Shown piece by piece: positions 39,221-49,241 of a stretch of DNA of 64,000 nt. Positions within the stretch are counted from its first letter, which is position 1. Each line of letters starts with the position of its first letter. Source of the stretch: Polyangiales bacterium (lineage in GTDB: Bacteria > Myxococcota_A > Polyangia > Polyangiales > Ga0077539); assembly GCA_044229975.1 (NCBI GenBank), contig JBGARZ010000008.1, positions 352,001-416,000 of the forward strand, read 5' to 3'. Under the pieces are notes generated by a model that ran no database searches, had not been told where the DNA came from, and saw only the letters and a program-made list of their open reading frames with translations. The translations under genes were made by a program, and so were the position numbers.

Positions 39221-39955
39221 CTACCCCATCGCCTTCGCGACCGCCTTCGCCATCCGCGCCGCCAGCGTGAGGTCGACCGCAACGACCACCCGCGCCCCGC
39301 GCGCCTTCGTCCCTGCCTTCAGCGTCACGGTCGTGCCCGCGAGCCTTGCGTCCCGCCCGATGGCCGCCTCGATCTTCTTCGCCGCGGCCTGCTCCTCTGG
39401 CGACACGGTGAGCCCTCGGCCGCGCCCGCCTCGCTTCGCCGCGTGGTGCCGACGAATCGCCGTCGCCGCCTCGCGGATCTCCTTCGTCGTCGCCTTGTCC
39501 ACGTCGAGCCTTGCCCCATGGGGCAGCGTCAGCGTCGCCTTCCACACCTCTGCCGGGGTGTCGTCCTCCGGGGTCGCGTCGACCAGCGAGAGCAGCGCGA
39601 CGGCGCGGTCTTGCCCGAGCGCCCGAGCGAGCTGCGGAGCAAGGCGGGTCGTCACCGCGATGAGCTGCCGCGCCTTGCCGACCGACATCCCCAGCGGGCC
39701 GACGCAGACCGCTGCGAAGTCGTCGTAGCCCATCGCCTCGATCACCTGCGGATCGACGAGCGTGGCGAGCTCCTGGCCAATCTCCAGGAAGTCGTCCTCA
39801 ATGCGTGCGCGCAGGTCACGCACCCGCTCGATGGCAGCCGTCCCCTGAGCCTTGAGGCGGGCGACCTTGGCCGTGCGAGCGGCCTCCGCGTTGGACCGCA
39901 GCGAGCGGGCGAGAACAACGGTGGGCGCGGCAGGCTTCTTCTTCGCGGTGGCCAT
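39221..39955 (-). CDS. DUF3102-like putative DNA-binding protein
   Basis: FLEIGQEL...GYDDFAA.C...LGMS...ARQLI pattern; basic termini. Confidence 0.6.
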   Translation of the reverse strand: MATAKKKPAAPTVVLARSLRSNAEAARTAKVARLKAQGTAAIERVRDLRARIEDDFLEIGQELATLVDPQVIEAMGYDDFAAVCVGPLGMSVGKARQLIAVTTRLAPQLARALGQDRAVALLSLVDATPEDDTPAEVWKATLTLPHGARLDVDKATTKEIREAATAIRRHHAAKRGGRGRGLTVSPEEQAAAKKIEAAIGRDARLAGTTVTLKAGTKARGARVVVAVDLTLAARMAKAVAKAMG

Positions 39956-40126
39956 CTCCCGACGGTACCGCGGCCGAGGGTCACGCCAACATGTCCATGT
40001 CTGCGCGCCAACATGAACATGTATTCGCGCGCCAACGACCTGCTGGCGTAGCACCCGCCGCCCCGCGGAAATCGCGAGCGCTCCGTTTCCCCCGTGTGAG
40101 GCACGCGCGCTACCATCGCGACATCA

Positions 40127-41278
40127 TTGCCGATGCGAGCCGCGCATCCACTCATCGCCCTCGGCCTCGCCGCGCTGGGCTGCTCCGACGGGTCGACGCC
40201 CGTCTCGACAGAGCTCGTCGTCCGCGAGGTCGTCTGGAACCCCGCCCAGGTCGACCTCGGCAGCGTCACCGCGCTGGCGGAGTTCGAGCACGGCGTCGTG
40301 GTCTTCGGCGACCAGGGGGCCGCTGTCCTCCTCGGCGGCGCGGTGGTCGGGCGCAGCACCGTCGCGCGCTCCTGGCGCTCGGCCGCGGAGATCCCCGCCG
40401 GGGACGGAACCTCCGCCCGCTGGGTGGTCGGCATCAACGGCGAGGGCCGCCTCTTGCGCCTCCGCGCGGGGTACGACTTCGACGACATCACCGAGCGCTA
40501 CCGCCTCGGTGACGCACCCGTGCAAGCCGTCGTCTCCCTCGGAGCGACGGCCGCGGCCTTCACCTTCGCCGACGGCTTCGCCATCGCCGACGGGACGACC
40601 ATCACCCGCTACGACGGCGCGTTTCCCAACCCGGCGGGCGGCGGAAAGCTCGCGTCCATCGCGTCGTCGCAGGCCGTGCGGGTGTTCGAGCCGACCACGG
40701 GGCGCACCACGGAGTACCCCATCGCGGGCGTGACCTCCGTGGCCCTCGACGACCGCGGGCGCCTCGCCGTCCTCACCGCGTCGTCGCTCTACCTCGAAGA
40801 CGCCAACGGACGGTTGCAAGCGGTCTACGCGATGAGCGACGCGCTGCACGGCCTCGCGACCTCGGGGCGGCGCGTGTGGTTCGGCGTCGGCAGCGAGCTC
40901 GCGGTCTACGACGGCACGGTGCGCCGCACACGAAACGCCAACCTCGCCAGCGACGCCCGCCTCGTGGGCTCGCCGACCGGCGATGTGTGGGTGTCTTCCA
41001 ACGGGCGCCTCGCGCGCTACGCCGACTCGACCGGCGTCACCGACGACCAGATCGGGTGGGAGCGCGACGTGCGGCCGGTGTTCGTTCGCCGCTGCGCCGC
41101 GTGTCACCTCCCGGGCGGCAGCGCCAACCTCGACCTGTCGCGCTACGCCCCCTGGAACGAGCGCCGCACCGCCGTCCGGAGACGTGTGATAGTCGATCGG
41201 ACGATGCCCCCGGACATGTCCACGCCGCTGTCGGCCGAGGAGCACGCCGCCATCGCGGCCTGGGTGGGCAACCCATGA
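40127..41278 (+). CDS. Beta-propeller-like lipoprotein with C-terminal cytochrome c domain
   Basis: Lipobox LGC; WERDVRPVFVRRCAACH...MPP...IAAWV. Confidence 0.8.
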   Translation: MPMRAAHPLIALGLAALGCSDGSTPVSTELVVREVVWNPAQVDLGSVTALAEFEHGVVVFGDQGAAVLLGGAVVGRSTVARSWRSAAEIPAGDGTSARWVVGINGEGRLLRLRAGYDFDDITERYRLGDAPVQAVVSLGATAAAFTFADGFAIADGTTITRYDGAFPNPAGGGKLASIASSQAVRVFEPTTGRTTEYPIAGVTSVALDDRGRLAVLTASSLYLEDANGRLQAVYAMSDALHGLATSGRRVWFGVGSELAVYDGTVRRTRNANLASDARLVGSPTGDVWVSSNGRLARYADSTGVTDDQIGWERDVRPVFVRRCAACHLPGGSANLDLSRYAPWNERRTAVRRRVIVDRTMPPDMSTPLSAEEHAAIAAWVGNP

Positions 41279-42990
41279 CGACCCGACGGCCATGGACAGC
41301 CGCGCTGCTGGCGTTCGTGTGCGCGGCGTGCGGGCTCGCTGGGGGCGACGAGGCGTCGGTGGTGCGCGGTTCGACCGATCAACGAGCGGGTCTCCCCCCG
41401 ACGGTCGCCGGACGGCAGACGGCGACCCCGCCGCGGCGGGGCGAGGCGATGACCATCGTCGGCGACCCCGGGCGCGTCACGCTCCACCGCCTCAACGTCA
41501 CCGAGTACAACAACACCGTGCGCGACCTGCTCGGCACGGTCATCAACCCCTCACAGAATTTCCCCCCCGACGACTCGGGCTACGGCTTCGACAACGTGGC
41601 CGACGTGTTGAGCCTCTCGCCCCTGCACCTGGAGATGTACCAGGCCGCCGCCGAGGCGCTCTCCAACGAGGCGCTCGAAGGCAACGCGCGGGCGCGACTC
41701 GTGACCTGCGACCCGGTCGCGGTGGGCGACGACGTGTGCCTGCGGCAGGTCATCACCCGCTTCGGTCGACGCGCGTGGCGACGCCCGCTCACCGCGGCGG
41801 AGGTGACCGAGCTCGCGGCCTTCCTCGACGTGGCGCGGATGCGCGGCGGCGGCTTCGACGACGCCATGCGCCTGGTGCTCCAGGCCATGCTGCTGTCGCA
41901 GAACTTCATCTTCCGCGTGGAGGTCGACCCCGACCCGACCTCGGTGACGCCGCACCCGCTGGAGGCGCACGAGCTCGCCGCGCGGCTGTCGTACTTCATC
42001 TGGAGCTCGACGCCCGACGACGCCCTCCTCGACGCGGCCGACGCCGGGACGCTCAACGACCCCGCGGTGCTCCAGGGGCAGGTGAGGCGCATGCTGGCCG
42101 ACCCGAAGTCCCGCGCCCTCACCGAGAACTTCTCGGCCCAGTGGCTGGGCACCCGCGCGCTCAACGACCACGCCGTCGATCTCCGGTCGTTCCCGCAGTT
42201 TCGCGCGCCGATGTTGGAGTCCTTCCGGCAGGAGACCAACCGGTACTTCGACGAGTTTCTCCACGGCGACCTCGGGATGGACCGCTTTCTCACCGCGGAC
42301 TTCACCTTCGCCACCGGCGACCTCGAGCGGAACTACGGCCTGCCGTCCAGCGGCGACCCGACGCTGCGTCGCGTCTCCCTCGCGGGCACCTCGCGGGTGG
42401 GCATCGTGACCCAGGGCAGCGTGCTCACCGTGACCAGCCACTCCGATCGCACGTCGCCGGTGAAGCGCGGGCTGTGGGTGCTCTCGCAGCTCCTCTGCGC
42501 CGCGCCGCCGCCGCCGCCCGCCAACACGGCCGCGCTCGCCGAGGCCGGCGCGATGCCGACCGGAACGCTCCGTCAGCGCATGGAGCAGCACCGCCGCGAC
42601 CCCGGCTGCGCGTCGTGCCACCAGACCATGGACCCCATCGGCTTCGGCTTCGAGGGCTTCGACGGCGTCGGCGTCACGCGCACCATGGACTCCGGCTTCC
42701 CCATCGACGCCACCGGGCGACTGCCGACCGGCGAGTCCTTCGAGAGCCCGGCGCAGCTCGCGGCGATTCTCGCCAACGACCCGCGGTACTCGCGCTGCGT
42801 CGCGCGGCACCTGCTCACCTACGCCCTCGGCCGCGGGCTCGGCACCGACGACGACGCGGCCCTCGACGGCATCCAGCAGGCGTGGCGCGGCGGCGGTCTG
42901 CGCCTGCGCGACCTCGTCGAGCACGTCGCCCTGAGCGAGCCCTTCCGCCTGCGACGCGGCGACCCGACGCTCCCCGGAGAACAGCCATGA
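41275..42990 (+). CDS. DUF1592/1587/1588/1595/1585 (PSD/PSCyt) cytochrome-like protein
   Basis: HRLNxxEYNNTVRDL, GFDN, ELAARLSYFIW, TSPVKRG, CASCH...DPIGFGFE. Confidence 0.9.
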   Translation: MTTRRPWTAALLAFVCAACGLAGGDEASVVRGSTDQRAGLPPTVAGRQTATPPRRGEAMTIVGDPGRVTLHRLNVTEYNNTVRDLLGTVINPSQNFPPDDSGYGFDNVADVLSLSPLHLEMYQAAAEALSNEALEGNARARLVTCDPVAVGDDVCLRQVITRFGRRAWRRPLTAAEVTELAAFLDVARMRGGGFDDAMRLVLQAMLLSQNFIFRVEVDPDPTSVTPHPLEAHELAARLSYFIWSSTPDDALLDAADAGTLNDPAVLQGQVRRMLADPKSRALTENFSAQWLGTRALNDHAVDLRSFPQFRAPMLESFRQETNRYFDEFLHGDLGMDRFLTADFTFATGDLERNYGLPSSGDPTLRRVSLAGTSRVGIVTQGSVLTVTSHSDRTSPVKRGLWVLSQLLCAAPPPPPANTAALAEAGAMPTGTLRQRMEQHRRDPGCASCHQTMDPIGFGFEGFDGVGVTRTMDSGFPIDATGRLPTGESFESPAQLAAILANDPRYSRCVARHLLTYALGRGLGTDDDAALDGIQQAWRGGGLRLRDLVEHVALSEPFRLRRGDPTLPGEQP

Positions 42991-44348
42991 TCACCCGCAT
43001 GGGACGACGCGCCTTCCTGGGCGGCGCCGCCGTCGCGCTCGCGCTCCCCGCGCTGGAGAGCCTGCTGCCGCGCGGCACGGCGCAGGCCGGCGGCATGACC
43101 ATCCCCAGGCGCATGCTCGTGTACTTCGTCCCCAACGGCATGCCCATGACGTCGTGGACGCCCGCGGCTACGGGGGCCGACTTCCCGCTCTCGACCATCC
43201 TCGCGCCGCTCGCCGAGCTGCGCTCCGACGTGCAGGTGTTGACGGGCCTCGCCAACCGCCCGGCCGAGCGCGTGTACCGCGGCAGCGACGACGGCGGCGG
43301 CGACCACGCCCGCGGCACCGGCTCCTTTCTCACCTGCACCCGCCTCCGCAAGACGAGCGGAACCAACCTCCGCAACGGCATCTCGGCCGACCAGATGGTG
43401 GCCCAGTCGCTGGCCAACGTGACGCGCTTCCCGTCGTTGCAGTTTGGCGTTCGTGGGAGCGCGGTCGTGGGCGACTGCGACGCGGGCTACTCGTGCGCGT
43501 ACACGACCAACATCACGTGGTCGAGCGCCACGCGTCCGCTCTCGCGGCTCACGACGCCGCAGGCGGCCTTCAACCGCCTCTTCGGCGGCTTCGACCTCGA
43601 CGGCACGCGCGAGGAGCAGGAGCGCCGCTTGGCGTACCGCACCAGCGTGCTCGACTACGTGCACCGCGACGCGACGCGCCTCACGTCCCGCCTCGGGCAG
43701 ACCGACCGCCAGAAGCTCGACGAGTACCTCACGTCGGTGCGCGAGGTGGAGCAGCGCGTGATGGGCGCGATCCCGCTGTCGGCAAGCTGCGTGATCCCCG
43801 AGGCGCCGCAGGGCACCCCCGACTACCCCCAGCACGTGCGGCTGATGGCCGACCTCATGACCGTCGCGTTTCGGTGCGACCTCACGCGGGTCTCGACCTT
43901 CATGCTCGACGGCGCCGGGGGCAACGCGCACTACCCCTTCCTCGGCATCCCCGGCGGCCACCACGACATCTCGCACCACCAGAACGACCCCGAGAAGATC
44001 CGTCAGCTCGTGACCATCGGCACCTGGGAGGTGGAGCAGTTCGCGTACCTCCTGCGGCAGCTCAAGGCCGTGCGCGAGGTCGACGGGTCGAGCCTGCTCG
44101 ACCACTCCACGGTGCTGTTCTCCAGCGAGATCTCCGACAGCAACCTGCACACCCACGACAACATCCCGACGCTGCTGGCCGGCGGTTGCGGCGGGCAGTT
44201 CACGACCAACCGCCACGTCGCGTATGCGAGCGAGCGGCCGGTGGCCAACCTCTACACGGCGATGATGCGCGCGATGGGCCTGACCATCGATCGCTTCGGC
44301 GACGACGGCACCGGCGTGCTGGAGAACCTCGGCCCCATCAGCGGCTGA
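42987..44348 (+). CDS. DUF1552 (HXXSHH) Tat-exported protein
   Basis: GRRAFL Tat motif, YFVPNG, SADQ, CDLTRV, HHDISHH. Confidence 0.9.
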   Translation: MITRMGRRAFLGGAAVALALPALESLLPRGTAQAGGMTIPRRMLVYFVPNGMPMTSWTPAATGADFPLSTILAPLAELRSDVQVLTGLANRPAERVYRGSDDGGGDHARGTGSFLTCTRLRKTSGTNLRNGISADQMVAQSLANVTRFPSLQFGVRGSAVVGDCDAGYSCAYTTNITWSSATRPLSRLTTPQAAFNRLFGGFDLDGTREEQERRLAYRTSVLDYVHRDATRLTSRLGQTDRQKLDEYLTSVREVEQRVMGAIPLSASCVIPEAPQGTPDYPQHVRLMADLMTVAFRCDLTRVSTFMLDGAGGNAHYPFLGIPGGHHDISHHQNDPEKIRQLVTIGTWEVEQFAYLLRQLKAVREVDGSSLLDHSTVLFSSEISDSNLHTHDNIPTLLAGGCGGQFTTNRHVAYASERPVANLYTAMMRAMGLTIDRFGDDGTGVLENLGPISG

Positions 44349-44376
44349 GACGCACCCGCGCGGGGGTGCGTGATGC

Positions 44377-45564
44377 TCAGCGGCGCTTGATCTTCGGGCC
44401 GAGGAAGGTCACGCCCACGATGCGCTCCTTCTGGAGTCGCTCGACGGTGTGGGTGAGGTCTTCGGTGGTCGTGCGGCCCGCGCGCGCGGCGACGATGTAC
44501 TTGTCGATGAGCCCGTGCCACGCGAGCGTCTCGGCCGTGCCGAACACCGCCGCCGAGTCGACGATGATGTAGCGAAACTCGCGGCGGAGCTGCCCGATGA
44601 GCACCGCGGCGGCCTCCGACGAGAGGGCCGCGTGGGCGCTCGCCACGGCCGGGCCCGCGGGCATGAGGTTGAGGCTCGCCGTGATGCGGATGACGTCCAC
44701 CGGGAGCGACGGATCGTTCTGCCGCGCGGCGAGCACGCTGGTGAGGCCGAGGTCGCCGTTGACGCCGAAGAGCTTGTGCTGCGCCGGGTTGCGCAGCGAC
44801 GCGTCGATGAGGAGCACCTGGATGCGCCCGCCCTCGGCGAGCGACAGCGCGAGGTTGGCCGCGGTGACGCTCTTGCCGTCGCCGTCGCGGGCCGAGGTCA
44901 CCACGATGACCTGGAGATCGGGCTCCTGCTCCAGGCGATAGCGGAGGGTGCGAAACTGCGCCGCCGCGAAGCCGTCGGGGTGCGACAGCAGCACGAGGTC
45001 TTGCGAGAAGTTGTCGACGTGCTCGGCCGGGTTGATGCGGAGCATCGAGTAGCTGGGCGGCGCCCACGAGGGAATCGCCTCGTGCGCCTGCTGCTCGCTG
45101 AAGGGGACCAGGCCGTACTCCTGCTGGATGGTGGCGTTGGGGTCGACCACCACGCCGCCCTCGTAGTCCTGGCCGTAGACGTTGTACGGGTCGTCGGGGT
45201 TGTACTGGTTGGTGCGCGCCTCGCCGTACGACTCCATCGACGGCAGGTGCGCGCGCATCTGGTCGGCGTTGAGGGTCATCGCCTCGGACGAGTCGTCGGT
45301 GACGGGCTGCCAACCACCTGGGTTGGTGGGAAACCCGCCCGGCTCTTGATAGCCACCGCCGTTGGGGTTGAAGAGCGACGCCGCGCTGGCCACCCGCGTG
45401 GCGGCGTCGGAGTCGATGAGCTCGTGCGCGGGTGCCGGGGTCGGACCGTGCTCGGAGAAGTACCCCGCCAGGTCGTTGCGCGCCTCGCCGGGGCCGCCCC
45501 GGTTGGGCGGCGCATCCATCGTAGGAAACCGCGCAGGCGGCCTTCGGGAAGACTGATCGGCCAT
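44377..45564 (-). CDS. CpsD/CapB (BY-kinase-like) protein
   Basis: FRTLR, VTSARDGDGKS, NLA, LLIDASLRNP, IIVDS. Confidence 0.82.
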   Translation of the reverse strand: MADQSSRRPPARFPTMDAPPNRGGPGEARNDLAGYFSEHGPTPAPAHELIDSDAATRVASAASLFNPNGGGYQEPGGFPTNPGGWQPVTDDSSEAMTLNADQMRAHLPSMESYGEARTNQYNPDDPYNVYGQDYEGGVVVDPNATIQQEYGLVPFSEQQAHEAIPSWAPPSYSMLRINPAEHVDNFSQDLVLLSHPDGFAAAQFRTLRYRLEQEPDLQVIVVTSARDGDGKSVTAANLALSLAEGGRIQVLLIDASLRNPAQHKLFGVNGDLGLTSVLAARQNDPSLPVDVIRITASLNLMPAGPAVASAHAALSSEAAAVLIGQLRREFRYIIVDSAAVFGTAETLAWHGLIDKYIVAARAGRTTTEDLTHTVERLQKERIVGVTFLGPKIKRR

Positions 45565-45631
45565 CGTTGACGCGCTATGCCTCGTTAGGGAGGTCGAACC
45601 CTACGCGTTGACGTTGCTCCGCGTCAAACAG

Positions 45632-46357
45632 CTAACGGCCCCGGGCGCCGAGCATGACCGCGGGGGTGCGAAGCATGATCTCCAGGTCGGTCTTCACGAA
45701 CGACCAGAAGTCCTCCATGCGCGCCGCGTAGGCGAGGTCGTAGAGAAGCTTGGTGCGCATGTCGTCGGCCACCGAGCCCTCCAGCTCCTCGAGCTTGAAG
45801 GGGTTGAGCAGCGTGCTCTTGAGCGTCGCGATGGCCGAGTCCTCGGGCATGCGACCGAGGTAGTCGAGGGAGATCTGCGCGAGCCCGGTGATGCCCGGCC
45901 GCATCATGCGCGTGCGCTCCTCGAACATCGGGATGGCCGCGCAGAGGGTGCGCACCAGCTCCGGGCGCTCGGGCCGCGGACCCACGATGGACATGTCGCC
46001 GGTGAGCACGTTGATGAACTGCGGGATCTCGTCGAGGCGCGTCTTGCGCAAGAACCTCCCGACGCGCGTGATGCGGTCGTCGTTGGTGCTCGCGAGCTTC
46101 GCCCGTCCGTCCTTCTCCGAGTCGATGCGCATCGACCGGAACTTCCACATGCGGAAGGTCGGCAGGCTCTCCCCGTTGGTCCACGAGGCCGTCGGGTGCG
46201 TGCGGCCGACGCGCTCCTGCGAGTAGAAGATGGGCCCTGGGTTGTCGACGTAGATCGCCGCCGCGAGCAGCGGATAGAGCGGCGCGGTGATGGTCAACGC
46301 CGCGGTGGCGCCCACCACGTCGACCGCACGCTTCACGACTGAGACCTTCCAATCCAT
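45632..46357 (-). CDS. Bacterial sugar transferase (phosphoglycosyl transferase)
   Basis: KRAVD, KFRSM, DDRITRVGRFLRKTRLDEIPQ, MSIVGPRPE, PGITGLAQ. Confidence 0.93.
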   Translation of the reverse strand: MDWKVSVVKRAVDVVGATAALTITAPLYPLLAAAIYVDNPGPIFYSQERVGRTHPTASWTNGESLPTFRMWKFRSMRIDSEKDGRAKLASTNDDRITRVGRFLRKTRLDEIPQFINVLTGDMSIVGPRPERPELVRTLCAAIPMFEERTRMMRPGITGLAQISLDYLGRMPEDSAIATLKSTLLNPFKLEELEGSVADDMRTKLLYDLAYAARMEDFWSFVKTDLEIMLRTPAVMLGARGR

Positions 46358-46438
46358 GCGGTAGCTTCCCCGGTCGTCATACCAACGCTCGCGCGACGGC
46401 GGCAAGCAATGCGCGCCTCTCACCCCGCGGAGGGCGTC

Positions 46439-46466
46439 TTGACATGCGAACGCGGATCAGTAGTCT
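46439..46466 (+). promoter_or_regulatory. Sigma70-type promoter of rplM-rpsI
   Basis: TTGACA-16 bp-TAGTCT. Confidence 0.6.
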
Positions 46467-46551
46467 GCCGCCCTCCCGACACCCCCCCCTTCTGGTGGGC
46501 GACGTGTTGATCGTTTCCCCATAGAACTCCAGCACAGGTCGAAACCCTCCG

Positions 46552-46983
46552 ATGGACACGTTTACCGCCCCGGCCGACATCACTCGCAACTGGTACATCG
46601 TCGACGCGACCGACCGCCCCCTCGGGCGCCTCGCCAGCGACATCGCGCGGGTGCTCCGCGGCAAGCACCGCCCGACGTTCACCACCAACGTCGACACCGG
46701 TGACTTCGTGGTCGTGATCAACGCCGAGAAGGTCGCCCTCACCGGCCAGAAGCGCACCAAGAAGTTCTATTACAACTACTCCGGCACCGTCGGCGGCCTC
46801 CGCAAGCGCGCCGCGGGCGACATGCTCGACCACAAGCCCGAGTACCCCATCGAGCACGCCGTGAAGGGCATGCTGCCGCACAACCCGCTCGGCCGCGCCC
46901 AGGGCCTCAAGCTCAAGGTCTACGCCGGCGCCTCGCACCCGCACGAAGCGCAGCAGCCCCAGGCGCTCCCCCTCCAGTTCTGA
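46552..46983 (+). CDS. rplM: 50S ribosomal protein L13
   Basis: WYIVDA...LGRLAS...GKHRP...[13 protein letters not shown]. Confidence 0.97.
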   Translation: MDTFTAPADITRNWYIVDATDRPLGRLASDIARVLRGKHRPTFTTNVDTGDFVVVINAEKVALTGQKRTKKFYYNYSGTVGGLRKRAAGDMLDHKPEYPIEHAVKGMLPHNPLGRAQGLKLKVYAGASHPHEAQQPQALPLQF

Positions 46984-47009
46984 TACCGCACCCTCTGAAG
47001 GCCACCACG

Positions 47010-47402
47010 ATGCAGACCGAACGTCACTTCTCGACCGGCAAGCGCAAGACCGCCGTCGCCCGGATCATCCTCCGCGCCGGCTCTGGCAACATCCTCGTCA
47101 ACCGCCGGCCGTACGACCAGTACTTCCCCCGCCAGGCCTCGCAGCTCCTCATCCTCCAGCCCTTCGAGATCGTCGAGGCCATCGGCCGCTACGACATCGA
47201 AGCCAACGTCGCCGGCGGTGGTCTCGCGGCCCAGGCCGACGCGGTCCGCTTCGGCATCGCCCGCGCCCTCACCTCGGCCGAAGCCGAGCGCCGCACGCCC
47301 CTCAAGCGCGCCGGTCTCCTGACCCGCGACGCCCGCAAGAAGGAGCGCAAGAAGTACGGCCAGCCCGGCGCCCGTAAGCGCTTCCAGTACTCCAAGCGCT
47401 GA
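47010..47402 (+). CDS. rpsI: 30S ribosomal protein S9
   Basis: TGKRKTAVAR...ERKKYG...ARKRFQYSKR. Confidence 0.97.
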   Translation: MQTERHFSTGKRKTAVARIILRAGSGNILVNRRPYDQYFPRQASQLLILQPFEIVEAIGRYDIEANVAGGGLAAQADAVRFGIARALTSAEAERRTPLKRAGLLTRDARKKERKKYGQPGARKRFQYSKR

Positions 47403-47478
47403 GCGACCCCGCCTCGCGCTTCCCCGCCTTCCCTCTCCTTCCCCCGACAGCAACCCCTCTCCGCAACGAGGTCCACTC

Positions 47479-48537
47479 ATGGAACGTCCTCGCGCTCGCG
47501 TCGCGATCGTCGGCGCCACGGGCTACACCGGCGCCGAGCTCCTCCGGCTGCTGCTCCAGCACCGTGGAGTGGAGATCACCGCCCTCTACGCCCGCGAGAA
47601 GCTCACGCCGCGCGTGTCGACGGTGCTGCCCGCGCTCACCGGCCTGTGCGAGCTCCCCATCGAGCCCTTCGACGCCGACGACGCCGCCCGCCGCGCCGAC
47701 GTCGCGTTCTGCGCGCTGCCCCACGGCGCCTCCATCGCGTGCGTCGAAGCGCTGCGCTCGCGCGGCGTGAAGGTGCTCGACCTCTCCGCCGACTTCCGCC
47801 TGCGCGACGCCGCCCTTTACAAGACCTGGTATGGCGCCGAGCACGCCGCTCCCGCGCGCCTCGCCGAAGCGGTGTACGGCCTGCCCGAGCTGCACCGCGA
47901 GCGCATCCGCGAGACATCGCTCGTCGCCGTCCCGGGCTGCTATCCGACGGCCTCTACGTTGCCGCTGCTGCCGCTGCTCGCCGCGGGGATGGTGCGACCC
48001 GAGCGCATTATCATCCATGCGCTGTCGGGCGTGTCGGGGGGAGGTCGCACGCCGGGCCCCGCGTACCACTTCCCCGAGACCAGCGAAGGGGCGCGGCTCT
48101 ACAAGGTCGCCGGCACGCACCGCCACACGCCCGAGATCGAGCAGGTGCTCGGTGATGTCCTGGGTGCGGCGCCGACGGTGACCTTCACGCCGACGCTCGC
48201 CCCGATGACCCGCGGGATTCTCTCGACGCAGTACGCCGACCTCGCGCGCGAGGGCGTCACGGCCGAGATGATGGTGGCCGAGGCGCGGCGCTACTTCGCG
48301 GGCTCACCCTCGGTCGCCGTGCTCGACCCCGGGGTGCTGCCCGACACGCTGTGGGTGCGCGGGTCCAACCGCGCGATGGTGGGCTACGCCGTCGACGCGC
48401 GGGCCGGGCGCGTGGTGGCCATGGGGGCCATCGACAACCTCGTGAAGGGCGCGTCGGGTCAGGCCATCCAGTGCATGAACCTCCTCCTCGGGCTCGATGA
48501 GGGAGAAGGGCTGCGCGGGGCGGGGATGTTCCCGTAG
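47479..48537 (+). CDS. argC: N-acetyl-gamma-glutamyl-phosphate reductase
   Basis: GATGYTG, DLSADFRL, PGCYPT, HRHTPEI, DNLVKGASGQA. Confidence 0.95.
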   Translation: MERPRARVAIVGATGYTGAELLRLLLQHRGVEITALYAREKLTPRVSTVLPALTGLCELPIEPFDADDAARRADVAFCALPHGASIACVEALRSRGVKVLDLSADFRLRDAALYKTWYGAEHAAPARLAEAVYGLPELHRERIRETSLVAVPGCYPTASTLPLLPLLAAGMVRPERIIIHALSGVSGGGRTPGPAYHFPETSEGARLYKVAGTHRHTPEIEQVLGDVLGAAPTVTFTPTLAPMTRGILSTQYADLAREGVTAEMMVAEARRYFAGSPSVAVLDPGVLPDTLWVRGSNRAMVGYAVDARAGRVVAMGAIDNLVKGASGQAIQCMNLLLGLDEGEGLRGAGMFP

Positions 48538-48569
48538 AGAGCGGAGAGGTTGTGTATGCTCCCGCGTCT

Positions 48570-49241
48570 ATGGCCGTGGATTTGGAGATCATCGAAGACC
48601 TCGCCGCGCAGACCCCGAGCGACAAGGGGTACCTCAAGGTGCGGCGCTACAAGCTCCGTACGCGCTACGCCGACGGAACGCTGAGCGAGCCCTACCGCTA
48701 CGACGCCGTCGACCGGGCGGCGCTCGACGCCGTGGTCGTGGTGATGTGGGCCCCGCGCGAGGGCCACCCCACCGACCCGCTGGTGTGCATGCGCAAGCAG
48801 CTGCGACCGCCGCTGGTGTTGCGGCGCGGGCGCGAGCTCGTGCTGCCCGACGTGAGCACCGACCTCGATCTGTGGGAGCTCCCCGCGGGGCTCATCGAAG
48901 CCGACGAGCGCGGCGAGGAGGGCGTGCTGGAGTGCGCGCGACGCGAGACCGAGGAGGAGACGGGCTTCGAGCTCCCGCGGTCGGACTTCGCGCGGCTGGG
49001 CGCGCCGGTGTACCTGTCGCCAGGGATGTGCGCGGAGAAGCTGCACCTCGTGAGCGTGCGGGTGCCCGACCCGACCCGGGCCGTCGAGGCGAAGGGCGAC
49101 GGGGTGCTGGAGGTCGGGTCGACCATCGAGTGGTGGCCGCTGTCCGAGTGCCTCGCGCGCGCCGCCAGGGGCGTGGTCGAAGACGCCAAGACGGAGCTCG
49201 CGCTGTGGCGCCTGCGGGCGGAGATCGAGCGCGGAGGCTGA
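48570..49241 (+). CDS. NUDIX hydrolase (ADP-ribose pyrophosphatase-like)
   Basis: ELPAGLIE...ARRETEEETG; SPG. Confidence 0.88.
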   Translation: MAVDLEIIEDLAAQTPSDKGYLKVRRYKLRTRYADGTLSEPYRYDAVDRAALDAVVVVMWAPREGHPTDPLVCMRKQLRPPLVLRRGRELVLPDVSTDLDLWELPAGLIEADERGEEGVLECARRETEEETGFELPRSDFARLGAPVYLSPGMCAEKLHLVSVRVPDPTRAVEAKGDGVLEVGSTIEWWPLSECLARAARGVVEDAKTELALWRLRAEIERGG

